This document shows, piece after piece, positions 18,199-26,793 of a stretch of 62,431 nucleotides of DNA (its first letter is position 1; each line of letters begins with the position of its first letter). The translations under genes and the position numbers were made by a program. The notes beneath the pieces are model-generated. The model saw only the letters and a program-made list of their open reading frames with translations, did no database searches and was not told the origin of the DNA. Source of the DNA: Thermoleophilaceae bacterium (GTDB taxonomy: Bacteria; Actinomycetota; Thermoleophilia; Solirubrobacterales; Thermoleophilaceae). The DNA lies in the NCBI GenBank assembly GCA_034664105.1, contig JAXDIH010000205.1, positions 1 to 62,431 of the forward strand. The letters run 5' to 3'.

Positions 18199-18875
18199 GA
18201 CGTGGCGGCCTCGCGCAGGCGGTAGCCGACCCCGCGAACCGTCTCGATCGACTCCGCCCCGAACGGCCGGTCGACCTTCTCGCGCAGGTAGCGGACGTAC
18301 ACGTCGATCACGTTCGAGCGGTTCTCGTACTCGTAGTCCCACGCCTGCTCGAGCAGCTGGTAGCGCGAGAGCACCTCTCCCGGGCGGCGCATGAACGCCT
18401 CCAGCAGCGCGAACTCCTTCTGCGACAGCACGACCTCGGAGTCCCCGCGCCACACCTGGTGGGTCGCGGGGTCCAGGCGCAGGTCGCCGACCTCGAGCAC
18501 CGCGGGGCGGCCGACGGGCCCGCGCCGTACCAGCGCGCGCAGCCGCGCCAGCAGCTCGGCGAAGGAGAACGGCTTGGTCAGGTAGTCGTCGGCCCCGCCA
18601 TCGAGCCCGGCCACCCGGTCCTCGACGCTGTCGCGCGCGGTCAGCATCAGCACCGGCGACCAGATCGCGTCGTCGCGCAGCCTGCGGCAGGTCTCGAAGC
18701 CGTCCAGCCCCGGCAGCATCACGTCGAGCACGATCGCGTCGTAGGTCGTGGCGGCAGCCATCCAGAGTGCGTCCTCACCCCTGATGGCAACGTCGGCGGC
18801 CATGCCCTCCTCGCGCAGCCCGCGGCGGATCAGCCCGGCCATCTTGACCTCGTCTTCGACGATCAGGACCCGCAC
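18195..18875 (-). CDS. OmpR/PhoB-family response regulator
   Basis: The receiver domain shows MRVLIVEDE, VLDVMLPGLDG and YLTKPF. The C-terminus is a winged-helix domain. Confidence 0.95.
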   Translation of the reverse strand: MRVLIVEDEVKMAGLIRRGLREEGMAADVAIRGEDALWMAAATTYDAIVLDVMLPGLDGFETCRRLRDDAIWSPVLMLTARDSVEDRVAGLDGGADDYLTKPFSFAELLARLRALVRRGPVGRPAVLEVGDLRLDPATHQVWRGDSEVVLSQKEFALLEAFMRRPGEVLSRYQLLEQAWDYEYENRSNVIDVYVRYLREKVDRPFGAESIETVRGVGYRLREAATS

Positions 18876-18930
18876 GGCATGGAGCTTGGCGGCGCTTCAT
18901 GAGCGCCGGATGAGAGCCGTCGGCGGCCGG

Positions 18931-19230
18931 CTACTCGTCTACGACGTCGACGACCTCGTAGACGCCCGAGACGTACTCGTTCTGCACGAACGGCGACAGC
19001 CGATCGACCCGCTCGGTCTCCTCGGCGTCGGCCTCGGCGCGCCAGGCGCGATAGTCCTCCTCGGTCATGTCGAAGAGGCCGAACGAGACGATCTCGTCCT
19101 CGTCGCGGATGTTGCGCGCGTGGTAGGCGCGTTGGAAGCCGGGTGGTCTTGCGTCGCCGGGGTCCCAGGCGCGTCGGAACTGCTCCCATGCACCGGGCTT
19201 GAGGCGGCGGGCGGAGAACATGACGATCAT
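18931..19230 (-). CDS. Small hypothetical protein, possibly an ABM-like dimeric alpha/beta barrel
   Basis: 99-aa ORF with codon usage typical of this window. I have no strong motif, so the fold assignment is a guess. Confidence 0.5.
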   Translation of the reverse strand: MIVMFSARRLKPGAWEQFRRAWDPGDARPPGFQRAYHARNIRDEDEIVSFGLFDMTEEDYRAWRAEADAEETERVDRLSPFVQNEYVSGVYEVVDVVDE

Positions 19231-19249
19231 GGGCGGAGCTTACGCCCCG

Positions 19250-19440
19250 CCCGACCGGGAGGTAGACTCGCCCGCCAAGGAGCGGCGGTGCGAGGAACTC
19301 CGGTGAAAATCCGGGGCGGTCGCGCCACTGTGACCGGAGAGTCGGCTCTCAAGATGCCACCGTCCGAGGGCGGGAAGGCGGGAGCTCGGCGAAGATCCGG
19401 GAGCCAGGACACTTGGACCGGCGCTCAAGACCGCTGAACG
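19250..19440 (+). promoter_or_regulatory. Cobalamin (AdoCbl) riboswitch upstream of cbtB
   Basis: Conserved elements are GGTGAAAATCCGG, GCGCCACTGTGACCGG and the B12 box GAGCCAGGACACTTGG (19401-19416). The AGGAGG Shine-Dalgarno of cbtB lies just downstream. Confidence 0.85.
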
Positions 19441-19467
19441 GGACGCGCAATCCCCAGGAGGTTCGAG

Positions 19468-19689
19468 ATGTCCGAAGTTGCAGCAGGCTCCGTCACCACG
19501 CCAGAGGTCGTCTACCCGCCCGCCATCTCGGCGCGCGAGCTGGCGCCGTGGGCCCTGTTCGGGGCGGCGCTGATGCTGCTGATCTACTTCGTCGGGGTCG
19601 ACGAGGGGGCCGCCTCGGTGATCCCCGGCAGCAACCTGCACGAGTGGGTCCATGACGGCCGGCACCTGCTCGGCTTCCCCTGCCACTAG
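19468..19689 (+). CDS. cbtB: Cobalt transporter subunit CbtB
   Basis: 73 aa with one TM segment. The C-terminus is the characteristic HEWVHDGRHLLGFPCH. Confidence 0.85.
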   Translation: MSEVAAGSVTTPEVVYPPAISARELAPWALFGAALMLLIYFVGVDEGAASVIPGSNLHEWVHDGRHLLGFPCH

Positions 19690-19704
19690 CGGCGGGCTGA
19701 GGAC

Positions 19705-20463
19705 ATGCTCAGGAAGCTGCTGATCTGCGGCTTGATCGCCGGCTTCATCGCCGGCCTCGTGTCGTTCGGCTTCATGACCGCGGCGGGCGAGCCGGCCGTG
19801 GACCAGGCGATCGCCTACGAGGACGCGCACTCCACGCCGGCTGAGCGGGCCGAGCCCGCGCCGGTCTCGCGCGACACCCAGAAGGGCTTCGGGCTGCTGA
19901 CCGCGTCGACGGTCTACGGCCTGGCGCTGGGCGGGATCTTCGCGCTCGTCTTCGCCTACGCCTACGGCAGGGTCGGTCGGGCGAGCCCCGCGCGCACGGC
20001 GCTCTGGCTGGCGGCCGCCGCGTTCGTCGTCATCTACCTCGTCCCCTTCGTCAAGTATCCGCCCAACCCACCCGCTGTCGGCGACCCCGACACGATCGGC
20101 GATCGCACGGCGCTCTACCTGGTGATGGTGTGGATCTCGGTGCTCGCGGCCATAGCCGCCGTGCGCCTGCGCAGGACGCTGGCCGAGCGGCGCTCGCCGG
20201 AGATGGCCACCGGGCTCGCCTGCGCGGCCTACCTCGCCGTCGTGGTGGTGGCCGGGCTCACGCTGCCGGGTATCCACGAGATTCCGAAGACGTTCCCCGC
20301 CACCACGCTGTGGCGCTTCCGCGAGGCCTCCGTTGGCACGCAGCTCGTGATGTGGACGAGCATCGGCCTGGTGTTCTCGGTCACGGCGCAGCGCGTGATG
20401 ACCGGGCGGTCGGTGTGGTCCCTCGCCCAGCGCCGGAGGCCGGCGGCGACGGCTGGAGAGTGA
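19705..20463 (+). CDS. cbtA: Cobalt transporter subunit CbtA
   Basis: Polytopic membrane protein immediately after cbtB and behind a B12 riboswitch. Confidence 0.8.
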   Translation: MLRKLLICGLIAGFIAGLVSFGFMTAAGEPAVDQAIAYEDAHSTPAERAEPAPVSRDTQKGFGLLTASTVYGLALGGIFALVFAYAYGRVGRASPARTALWLAAAAFVVIYLVPFVKYPPNPPAVGDPDTIGDRTALYLVMVWISVLAAIAAVRLRRTLAERRSPEMATGLACAAYLAVVVVAGLTLPGIHEIPKTFPATTLWRFREASVGTQLVMWTSIGLVFSVTAQRVMTGRSVWSLAQRRRPAATAGE

Positions 20464-21632
20464 CCGCACTGGGTGCGCCCCCAGCCGAGCGGGTCGGCGA
20501 CGATCGTTGCCCGGGTGTCCTGCGCCTCCACGCGGCGCAGGACGGCGGGCTGGCGCGCATCCGCCTGCCGGGCGGCCGGGTAAGCGCGGCGCAGCTGGAA
20601 GCGGTCGCGGCTGCCGCACGGCTCGGCAACGGGCTGGTGGAGCTGACTTCGCGGGCGAACCTGCAGGTGCGCGGCCTGCCCGACGCGGCAACCGAGCGCG
20701 TGGAGGCGCTGCTTGCCGACGCTGGGTTGCTGCCGTCGCGCACGCACGAGCGCGTGCGCAACCTGGCCGCCAGCCCGCTGGCCGGCCGCCATCCGAGCTC
20801 GCTTGCGGAGACCGATGCGATCGTCGCCGCGCTCGACGCGGGCCTGCTCGGCGACCCGCTGCTCGCCGACCTGCCGGGCCGCTTCCTGTTCGCCGTCGAC
20901 GACGGCTCCGGGCTGACCGCGATCGGCGGCGCCGACGTGTCGCTCACGGCCACGCCCGCCGGCTTCGTCCTGGGGCTGGGCGGGTGCGCGACCACGCTGC
21001 TGGTGCCCGAGGCGGATGCCGCCGGAGTCGCGCTGGCCGCCGCGCGCGCGTTCCGTGTCGTGCGGGCGGAGCAGGGTGGACGTGCCTGGCGGGTCCGTGA
21101 GCTGCACGACGGGCCGGCGCAGGTGGTCGGCCGGCTGGGGGCCGGCATCTTCTCGAGCGCGGACTATCGGGCGCCGGCGCGGCTCACAGCCGGAACGCTG
21201 ACGCAGCGCGACGGCCTGGTCGCGATCACCGCGCTGCCACCGCTCGGGCGCGTCGAGCCGCCGGCGCTCGCGGCGCTCGCGGAGCTGGCGCCCGAGGTCA
21301 GGCTCTCGGCGCGCCGCACGCTCAGCCTCCTCGACGTGCAGCCGGATCGCGTCGACTCCGTGCTGGCGGCCCTGGAAGGGGTCGGGCTCGTCGTCGGGCC
21401 GGACTCGGGGTGGGAGGGCCTGTCGGCGTGCGCGGGGCTGGGCGCCTGCACGAAGGCGCTCGTGGACGTGCGCGCGGCCGCCGCGCGGCGCGCCTCCGAG
21501 CGCGGGCCGAACGACCCCAGCGAGCACTGGGCGGCCTGCGGTCGGCGCTGCGGCGAGCCACCGGACGTGGGCGTGGCGGTCTTCGCCGACGGTGAGGGGC
21601 TGACCCGGCTGGTTGCGGGGGCGGGGCGGTGA
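20460..21632 (+). CDS. cobG: Precorrin-3B synthase (aerobic pathway, sulfite/nitrite-reductase-like)
   Basis: Contains [40 protein letters not shown] and the Cys cluster [10 protein letters not shown]. The GTG start at 20460 overlaps the cbtA stop. Confidence 0.85.
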   Translation: MTALGAPPAERVGDDRCPGVLRLHAAQDGGLARIRLPGGRVSAAQLEAVAAAARLGNGLVELTSRANLQVRGLPDAATERVEALLADAGLLPSRTHERVRNLAASPLAGRHPSSLAETDAIVAALDAGLLGDPLLADLPGRFLFAVDDGSGLTAIGGADVSLTATPAGFVLGLGGCATTLLVPEADAAGVALAAARAFRVVRAEQGGRAWRVRELHDGPAQVVGRLGAGIFSSADYRAPARLTAGTLTQRDGLVAITALPPLGRVEPPALAALAELAPEVRLSARRTLSLLDVQPDRVDSVLAALEGVGLVVGPDSGWEGLSACAGLGACTKALVDVRAAAARRASERGPNDPSEHWAACGRRCGEPPDVGVAVFADGEGLTRLVAGAGR

Positions 21633-21697
21633 TCGCCCTCTTCGCCGACGGCGAGGGGCTGACCCGGCTGGTCGCGGGGGCGGGGCGGTGATCGCCT
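21580..21697 (+). repeat. Two tandem copies of a 59-bp unit spanning the cobG-stop / cobH-start junction
   Basis: Copy 1 is at about 21580-21638 and copy 2 at about 21639-21697. I found two mismatches within the units (ggTgag/ggCgag and ggtTgc/ggtCgc). Each copy ends in GTGATCGCC. Confidence 0.9.
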
Positions 21698-22314
21698 ACC
21701 TCACGGACGGCGCGGAGATCTACCGGCGCTCGTTCGCCACGATCCGCGCGGAGGCGGACCTCGCCGGCCTGGACCCGGTGCTCGAGCGCGTGGTGGTCCG
21801 GATGATCCACGCGTGCGGGATGGTCGACCTGCGCGAGGACGTTGATGCCTCGGAGGGCTTCGGTGCCGCGGCGCGCGAGGCGCTCGAGGGCGGCGCGCCG
21901 GTGCTGTGCGACACGGAGATGGTCGCCGCCGGAGTCACGCGCGCGCGGCTGCCGGCGGGCAACGACGTGGTCTGCACGCTGGGCGACCAGCGCGTGCCGG
22001 CGCTCGCCGCCGAGCTCGGCACCACGCGGAGCGCGGCGGCGATGGACCTCTGGGGCGACCGGCTCGCCGGAGCCGTGGTGGTGATCGGCAACGCGCCCAC
22101 GGCGCTGTTTCGCCTGCTGGAGCTGATCGAGGCGGGCGCGCCGGCGCCGGCCGCCGTGATCGGGGTGCCGGTCGGGTTCGTCGGGGCGCAGGAGTCGAAG
22201 GCCGAGCTGGCCGGCAACGCGAGCGGCCTCGAGTACCTGGTGGTCCATGGGCGTCGCGGCGGGAGCGCCATCGCCGCCGCCGCTGTGAACGCCCTGGCAC
22301 GGCACGAGGAATGA
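21688..22314 (+). CDS. cobH: Precorrin-8X methylmutase
   Basis: Starts [25 protein letters not shown], a typical CobH N-terminus. The start is GTG at 21688 in the second repeat copy. Confidence 0.9.
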   Translation: MIAYLTDGAEIYRRSFATIRAEADLAGLDPVLERVVVRMIHACGMVDLREDVDASEGFGAAAREALEGGAPVLCDTEMVAAGVTRARLPAGNDVVCTLGDQRVPALAAELGTTRSAAAMDLWGDRLAGAVVVIGNAPTALFRLLELIEAGAPAPAAVIGVPVGFVGAQESKAELAGNASGLEYLVVHGRRGGSAIAAAAVNALARHEE

Positions 22315-23813
22315 CGGGCGTGGCGCCGGGCCGGTTGTTCGGAGTCGGCATCGGCCCGGGGGATCCCGAGCTGCTGACGCTCAAGGCGCGCCGCGTGATC
22401 GAGGCCGCCGCCGTAGTGGCGTATCCGACCGCGCGGCACGGCCGCAGCGTCTCGCGCCGCATCGCCGCTCCCTATCTCAGCGAGGCGCAGATCGAGCTCG
22501 CGCTGACGTTCCCGCTGACGACCGAGGAGACCGAGTCGCCCGAGGCCTACGAGAGCGCGCTGCGCGACTTCTACGACGCCAGCGCCGAGCAGCTCGCCCA
22601 GCACCTGGATGCCGGGCGGGACGTGGCGGTGCTGTGCGAGGGCGATCCCTTCTTCTACGGCTCGTACATGTATCTGCACGAACGCCTTGCGCACCGCTAC
22701 GAGACCGAGGTGGTGCCGGGCGTGACGTCGTTCTCGGCCGCCGCGGCCGCCGCGGGCACCCCGCTGGCCAAGCGCGACGACGTCTTCACGGTGCTGCCCG
22801 GCACGCTGCCGCCCGACGTGCTCGCCACGACCCTGCGCGGCGTCGACGCCGCGGTGATCCTCAAGCTCGGTCGGACGTTCGAGCGCGTGCGCGAGGCGAC
22901 CGAGCAGGCGGAAGTGGCCGATCGCGGCGTGTACGTGGAGCGCGCCAGCGCTCCGGAGCAGCGCGTGGCCGCGCTGCGCGACGTGGAGGGCGAGGTGCCC
23001 TACATGTCGCTGGTGCTGGTGCCCACGATCGGCTCCGGGTCGCGCCGCGCGACGGCGGGCCGTGGCCGCGTCTCGGTTGTGGGGCTGGGTCCCGCGGGCG
23101 CCGAGTGGCTCACGCCGGAGGCCCGCGCCGAGCTGGCCGAGGCGGAGGAGCTGGTGGGCTACGAGACCTACCTCGCGCGGGTGCCGGCGCGGCCGGGGCA
23201 GCGCCGCCACGCGAGCGACAACCGCGTGGAGGACAGCCGCGCGCGGCTGGCGCTGGAACTTGCAGCCGCCGGGAGGCGGGTAGCGGTCGTGTCGTCGGGC
23301 GACCCCGGGATCTTCGCCATGGCCACCGCCGTGCTCGAGGCGGCCGAGGAGGCGACCAACGGCACCGCGGGCGTCGAGGTGAGGATCGTGCCGGGGCTAT
23401 CGGCGATGCAGGCCGCGGCGGCGCGCGTGGGCGCGCCGCTCGGGCACGACTTCTGCGTGATCTCGCTGTCCGACCAGCTCAAGCCGTGGGAGGTGATCGA
23501 GCGCCGGCTCGACGCCGCCGGCGCCGCCGACCTGGCGCTGGCGCTCTACAACCCGGCCTCGCGCACGCGGCGAGAGCAGCTCGAGCGCGCGCGGGAAGTG
23601 CTGCTGCGCCACCGCCGGCCTGACACGCCCGTGGTGGTGGCCCGTGCCGTGGGGAGCGCCGAGGAGTCGATCGCGGTCACGTCGCTGGCCGAGCTCGACG
23701 CCGAGTCGGTGGACATGCGCACGCTGCTGCTGGTCGGGTCGTCGACGACCAGGGTGGTCGAGAACGGCGGCGGCACGCCGCGCGTCTACACGCCGCGCCA
23801 CTACCCGGGCTGA
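22311..23813 (+). CDS. cobIJ: Fused precorrin-2 C20-methyltransferase / precorrin-3B C17-methyltransferase
   Basis: Contains two tetrapyrrole methylase domains ([16 protein letters not shown] and [16 protein letters not shown]). Shares an ATGA overlap with cobH. Confidence 0.9.
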   Translation: MTGVAPGRLFGVGIGPGDPELLTLKARRVIEAAAVVAYPTARHGRSVSRRIAAPYLSEAQIELALTFPLTTEETESPEAYESALRDFYDASAEQLAQHLDAGRDVAVLCEGDPFFYGSYMYLHERLAHRYETEVVPGVTSFSAAAAAAGTPLAKRDDVFTVLPGTLPPDVLATTLRGVDAAVILKLGRTFERVREATEQAEVADRGVYVERASAPEQRVAALRDVEGEVPYMSLVLVPTIGSGSRRATAGRGRVSVVGLGPAGAEWLTPEARAELAEAEELVGYETYLARVPARPGQRRHASDNRVEDSRARLALELAAAGRRVAVVSSGDPGIFAMATAVLEAAEEATNGTAGVEVRIVPGLSAMQAAAARVGAPLGHDFCVISLSDQLKPWEVIERRLDAAGAADLALALYNPASRTRREQLERAREVLLRHRRPDTPVVVARAVGSAEESIAVTSLAELDAESVDMRTLLLVGSSTTRVVENGGGTPRVYTPRHYPG

Positions 23814-24568
23814 GCCGCGCGGGCCACCCAGGCCAGCGCGTCTGCCACGCTGGCCACCGTGGGGACGTCGGATCGTGGTGGGCGCCTCACGATCACGACG
23901 GGGAGGCCACGCCGGCGCGCCGCGTCCAGCTTCGCGCTGGTGTGTGCGCCGCCGCTGTCCTTGGTCGCCACCACGTCGATCCCGTGGCGCTCGATCAGCT
24001 CGAGCTCACCCGACAGCTCGTAGGGCCCGCGGCCGAGCAGCACCTCGTTATGGGGTGGTAGCGGGGGATCGGGTGGGTCGACGCAGCGGATCAGAAACCA
24101 TGCCGCCTCGACATCGGCGAACGCCGCCAGCCCCTGGCGCCCGGTGGTGAGCAGCACCCGCCGCCCGAGGCGCGGCAGCAGCTCGGCCGCCTGCGCCAGG
24201 TCGTCGACCCAGTGCCAGACGTCTCCGGGGCGCTCGCTCCAGCCCGGGCGCTCGAGGCGCAGCAGCTCGACGCCGGCGGCCGGACAGGCCCGCGCGGCCG
24301 AAGCGGAGATGCGCTCGGCGAACGGATGTGTGGCGTCCACGACCGCGCTGATCGTCTGTTCGCGCAGCCAACTGGCGAGCCCCTGGGGCCCGCCAAACCC
24401 GCCGATGCGCACGTCCCCGGCGGGCAGCCGCGGCCGGCTGACCCGACCAGCCAGCGACGAAACCACGTCCACGCCGTCGGCATGGAGCGCCGCGGCGAGC
24501 TCGCGCGCCTCGGCGGTGCCGCCGAGGACGAGCACCCGCGAGAGGTGTGGGCCCCCAACGTCAGACAT
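23801..24568 (-). CDS. cobK: Precorrin-6A reductase
   Basis: Contains RVLVLGGTAEARELAAAL, WFLIRCVD and VVATKDSGG. I chose the proximal ATG at 24568. An in-frame repeat-borne ATG at 24640 would add 24 aa. Confidence 0.85.
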   Translation of the reverse strand: MSDVGGPHLSRVLVLGGTAEARELAAALHADGVDVVSSLAGRVSRPRLPAGDVRIGGFGGPQGLASWLREQTISAVVDATHPFAERISASAARACPAAGVELLRLERPGWSERPGDVWHWVDDLAQAAELLPRLGRRVLLTTGRQGLAAFADVEAAWFLIRCVDPPDPPLPPHNEVLLGRGPYELSGELELIERHGIDVVATKDSGGAHTSAKLDAARRRGLPVVIVRRPPRSDVPTVASVADALAWVARAAQPG

Positions 24569-24706
24569 AGCCCCCGTTTGAGGGCCCACCCCCGGTGGGG
24601 CCGCCCCCCGCGAGGCGTGTGGGCCCCCAACGTCAGACATAGCCCCCGTTTGGGGGCCCACCCCCGGTGGGGCCGCCCCCCGCGAGGGGTGTGGGCCCCC
24701 AACGTC
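24545..24706 (-). repeat. About 2.3 tandem copies of a 72-bp unit carrying the cobK start codon and a GC-rich hairpin
   Basis: The minus-strand unit is ATGTCTGACGTTGGGGGCCCACAC...GGGGGTGGGCCCCCAAACGGGGGCT. Copies are phased at 24545, 24617 and 24689. The 12-nt arms TTGGGGGCCCAC and GTGGGCCCCCAA are perfectly complementary. Confidence 0.9.
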
Positions 24707-24768
24707 GCGGATACGACGCGTTTCGGGGCCCGCCCCGTGGCCGCCCTGGTTGCCGCCGTTCGCGGCGC

Positions 24769-25509
24769 TCATGGCCGCTGACGCGCTGACGAGTAAAGGT
24801 GACTCTCGCCGCCGCGCTCGGCCAACACGCGGCCCACGATGATCACCGCCGTCCGCCGCACCTCGGCGCGCTCCACCTCGCCGGCGATCGTGGCGAGCGT
24901 GCCGCGCAGCACCACCTCCTGCGGCCAGCTGGCCCAGGCCACGACGGCCACCGGGCAATCGGCGCCGTAGTGGGGCGTGAGCTCGGCGACCAGCTCCTCC
25001 ATCGCCTGGGCGCCCAGGTGGATCACGAGCGTGGCCCCGTGCGCGGCCAGCGCCCCCAGCTGCTCGCCCTCGGGCTTTGGGGTGGCGCGCCGCGCGTGGC
25101 GGGTGAGGATCACCGTCTGGGCCACGCCGGGAAGGGTCAGCTCCTGGCCGAGCGCCGCGGCGGCGGCCGCGAACGCCGGCACCCCGGGAGTCACGTCCCA
25201 CGGGATGTCGAGGTCGTCGAGGCGACGCATCTGCTCGGCGGCGGCGCTGTAGATCGACAGGTCGCCCGAGTGCAGCCGCGCCACGTCCTGCCCGCGCTCG
25301 TAGGCCACCGCCAGCTCGCCGATGATCTCGTCGAGGTTCAAGTTCTGGGTGTCCACGAGCCGGGCGTCCGCGGGTGCGTTGCCGAGCACCTCCGGCGGCA
25401 CCAGGGCGCCGGCGTAGAGGCAGACGGGGCATTCGCCGATCAGCCGCTGGGCGCGCAGAGTCAGCAGGTCGGCAGCGCCCGGGCCGGCGCCGATGAAGTG
25501 AACGGTCAT
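24769..25509 (-). CDS. cobM: Precorrin-4 C11-methyltransferase
   Basis: Starts [20 protein letters not shown] and contains [12 protein letters not shown]. Shares an ATGA overlap with cobL. Confidence 0.9.
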   Translation of the reverse strand: MTVHFIGAGPGAADLLTLRAQRLIGECPVCLYAGALVPPEVLGNAPADARLVDTQNLNLDEIIGELAVAYERGQDVARLHSGDLSIYSAAAEQMRRLDDLDIPWDVTPGVPAFAAAAAALGQELTLPGVAQTVILTRHARRATPKPEGEQLGALAAHGATLVIHLGAQAMEELVAELTPHYGADCPVAVVAWASWPQEVVLRGTLATIAGEVERAEVRRTAVIIVGRVLAERGGESHLYSSARQRP

Positions 25510-26720
25510 CCCGGTCCCCTCCGGGCGGACCACTGGACCACCGGGAGCTGAGCGCGCCAGGCGGTGAAGCCGCCCACCGGATCGGCGTGCTCGAGGCCGA
25601 TGCGCATGAGCTGCCCCCCGTGGGTGGCGCGGGCTTCGAGCAGGCGCGCCTCGCCCTCCAGCGTCACAGCGTTGGCGACCATTCGGCCGCCCGGCAGCAG
25701 CGCCGACCAGCAGCGCCCGAGCAGCTCCGGCTCGGTCACGCCACCGCCGACGAAGATCGCGTCGGGAGCCTCCAGGCCCTCCAGCGCGGCGGGCGCCCGG
25801 CCCTGGATCATCTCCAGGTGCGGCACGCCGAGCCGGCGCGCGTTGGCGGCGGCGCGCTCGGCGCGATCCGCGCGCGCCTCTATGGCGATTGCCCGCGCGG
25901 TGGCCTCCGCGCGCAGCCACTCGATGCCGATCGAGCCGCTGCCGGCGCCGACGTCCCAGAGCAGCTGGCCGGGCGCCGGGCCGAGGGCGGCGAGCGTGAT
26001 GGCGCGAACCCCGCGCTTGGTCAGCTGGCCGTCGTTCTCGTAGGCGTCGTCCGGCAGTCCGGGGGTGAGCGGCAGCAGCGGGGCGCCGGGGGCGCGGCCG
26101 CAGTCGAGCGCGACCGCGTGGAGCGGGTCGGCCGTGCGCTGGCCCCAGCCGTCGGGCGTGGTCTCGTGGACGCGCTCGCCCGCGGCCCCGAGCTGCTCGA
26201 GCACGACCAGCCGGCTGTCGCCGAAGCCCCGCTCCCGGGCGACCCGGGCCACCGCGGCGGCACCGTCTGCGCCGGCGACGTAGGCGAGCAGGCGACGCCC
26301 AGGCTGGAGCAGGCGCGCCACCACCTCGGGCGGTCGCCCGACGGCGCTGACCAGGTCGACCTCGGTCGCCGGCCAGCCGAGTCGCGCGCAGGCGAGCGCG
26401 AACGCCGAAGGGTGCGGGTACACGCGCAGGCGCTCCGGGCCGAGCCGACGGGCGAGCGTGGCGCCGATGCCGTGCAGCATCGGGTCGCCGCTGGCCAGCA
26501 CCGCAGTCGGGCGCGGGCTGCCGGCGACGAGCTCGTCCACGAGCGGGTCGATGGGGGAGGGCCAGGCCCGTCGCTCCCCCGCGGTGTGGTCGAGCAGCGC
26601 TAGCTGGCGCTCGGAGCCGACGATCAGCTCGGCGGCGCGCAGGGCCTCGCGTGCGGGCTCGCCGAGGCCGGCCCAGCCATCGGCGCCGATGCCGACGATG
26701 GCGAGCGGGGGCGAGGTCAT
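25506..26720 (-). CDS. cobL: Precorrin-6Y C5,15-methyltransferase (decarboxylating)
   Basis: Has an N-terminal tetrapyrrole methylase half (IVGIGADG) and a C-terminal SAM-methyltransferase half ([15 protein letters not shown]). Confidence 0.9.
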   Translation of the reverse strand: MTSPPLAIVGIGADGWAGLGEPAREALRAAELIVGSERQLALLDHTAGERRAWPSPIDPLVDELVAGSPRPTAVLASGDPMLHGIGATLARRLGPERLRVYPHPSAFALACARLGWPATEVDLVSAVGRPPEVVARLLQPGRRLLAYVAGADGAAAVARVARERGFGDSRLVVLEQLGAAGERVHETTPDGWGQRTADPLHAVALDCGRAPGAPLLPLTPGLPDDAYENDGQLTKRGVRAITLAALGPAPGQLLWDVGAGSGSIGIEWLRAEATARAIAIEARADRAERAAANARRLGVPHLEMIQGRAPAALEGLEAPDAIFVGGGVTEPELLGRCWSALLPGGRMVANAVTLEGEARLLEARATHGGQLMRIGLEHADPVGGFTAWRAQLPVVQWSARRGPG

Positions 26721-26793
26721 CGGGCCACCGCCCGGCCGGCGAGCGGACGAGCGCTCGTCGCGCGGCCGGCGCTCGTCCGGCGCCGGGCGCCCG

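Noticed and set aside
20130-20459. Upstream extensions of track ORFs. Examples are cobG from 20130, cobIJ from 21906, cobK and cobM from 25432 and 25920, cobB from 29888, cobQ from 39099, the O-antigen ligase from 57372 and the Wzz-like protein from 58798.
   Set aside because: The extensions overlap the preceding well-supported genes and are Arg/Pro-rich. In each case a start that gives a family-typical N-terminus, often with an ATGA/GTGA/TTGA stop-start overlap, lies downstream.
23801-23813. Convergent 3'-end overlaps of gene pairs at 1908-1926, 11138-11154, 23801-23813, 47266-47285 and 60969-61015. These were considered as deliberate antisense regulation.
   Set aside because: Short convergent overlaps are common in compact high-GC genomes and can result simply from late stop codons. 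There is no additional structure to support a specific mechanism. The cob case is mentioned only within the riboswitch finding.
24545-24706. The 72-bp tandem repeats were considered as a possible mini-CRISPR array.
   Set aside because: The units are directly contiguous with no unique spacers, there are only about 2.3 copies, and the window has no cas genes. They also overlap a start codon in frame. I treated them as a tandem duplication or hairpin repeat instead.
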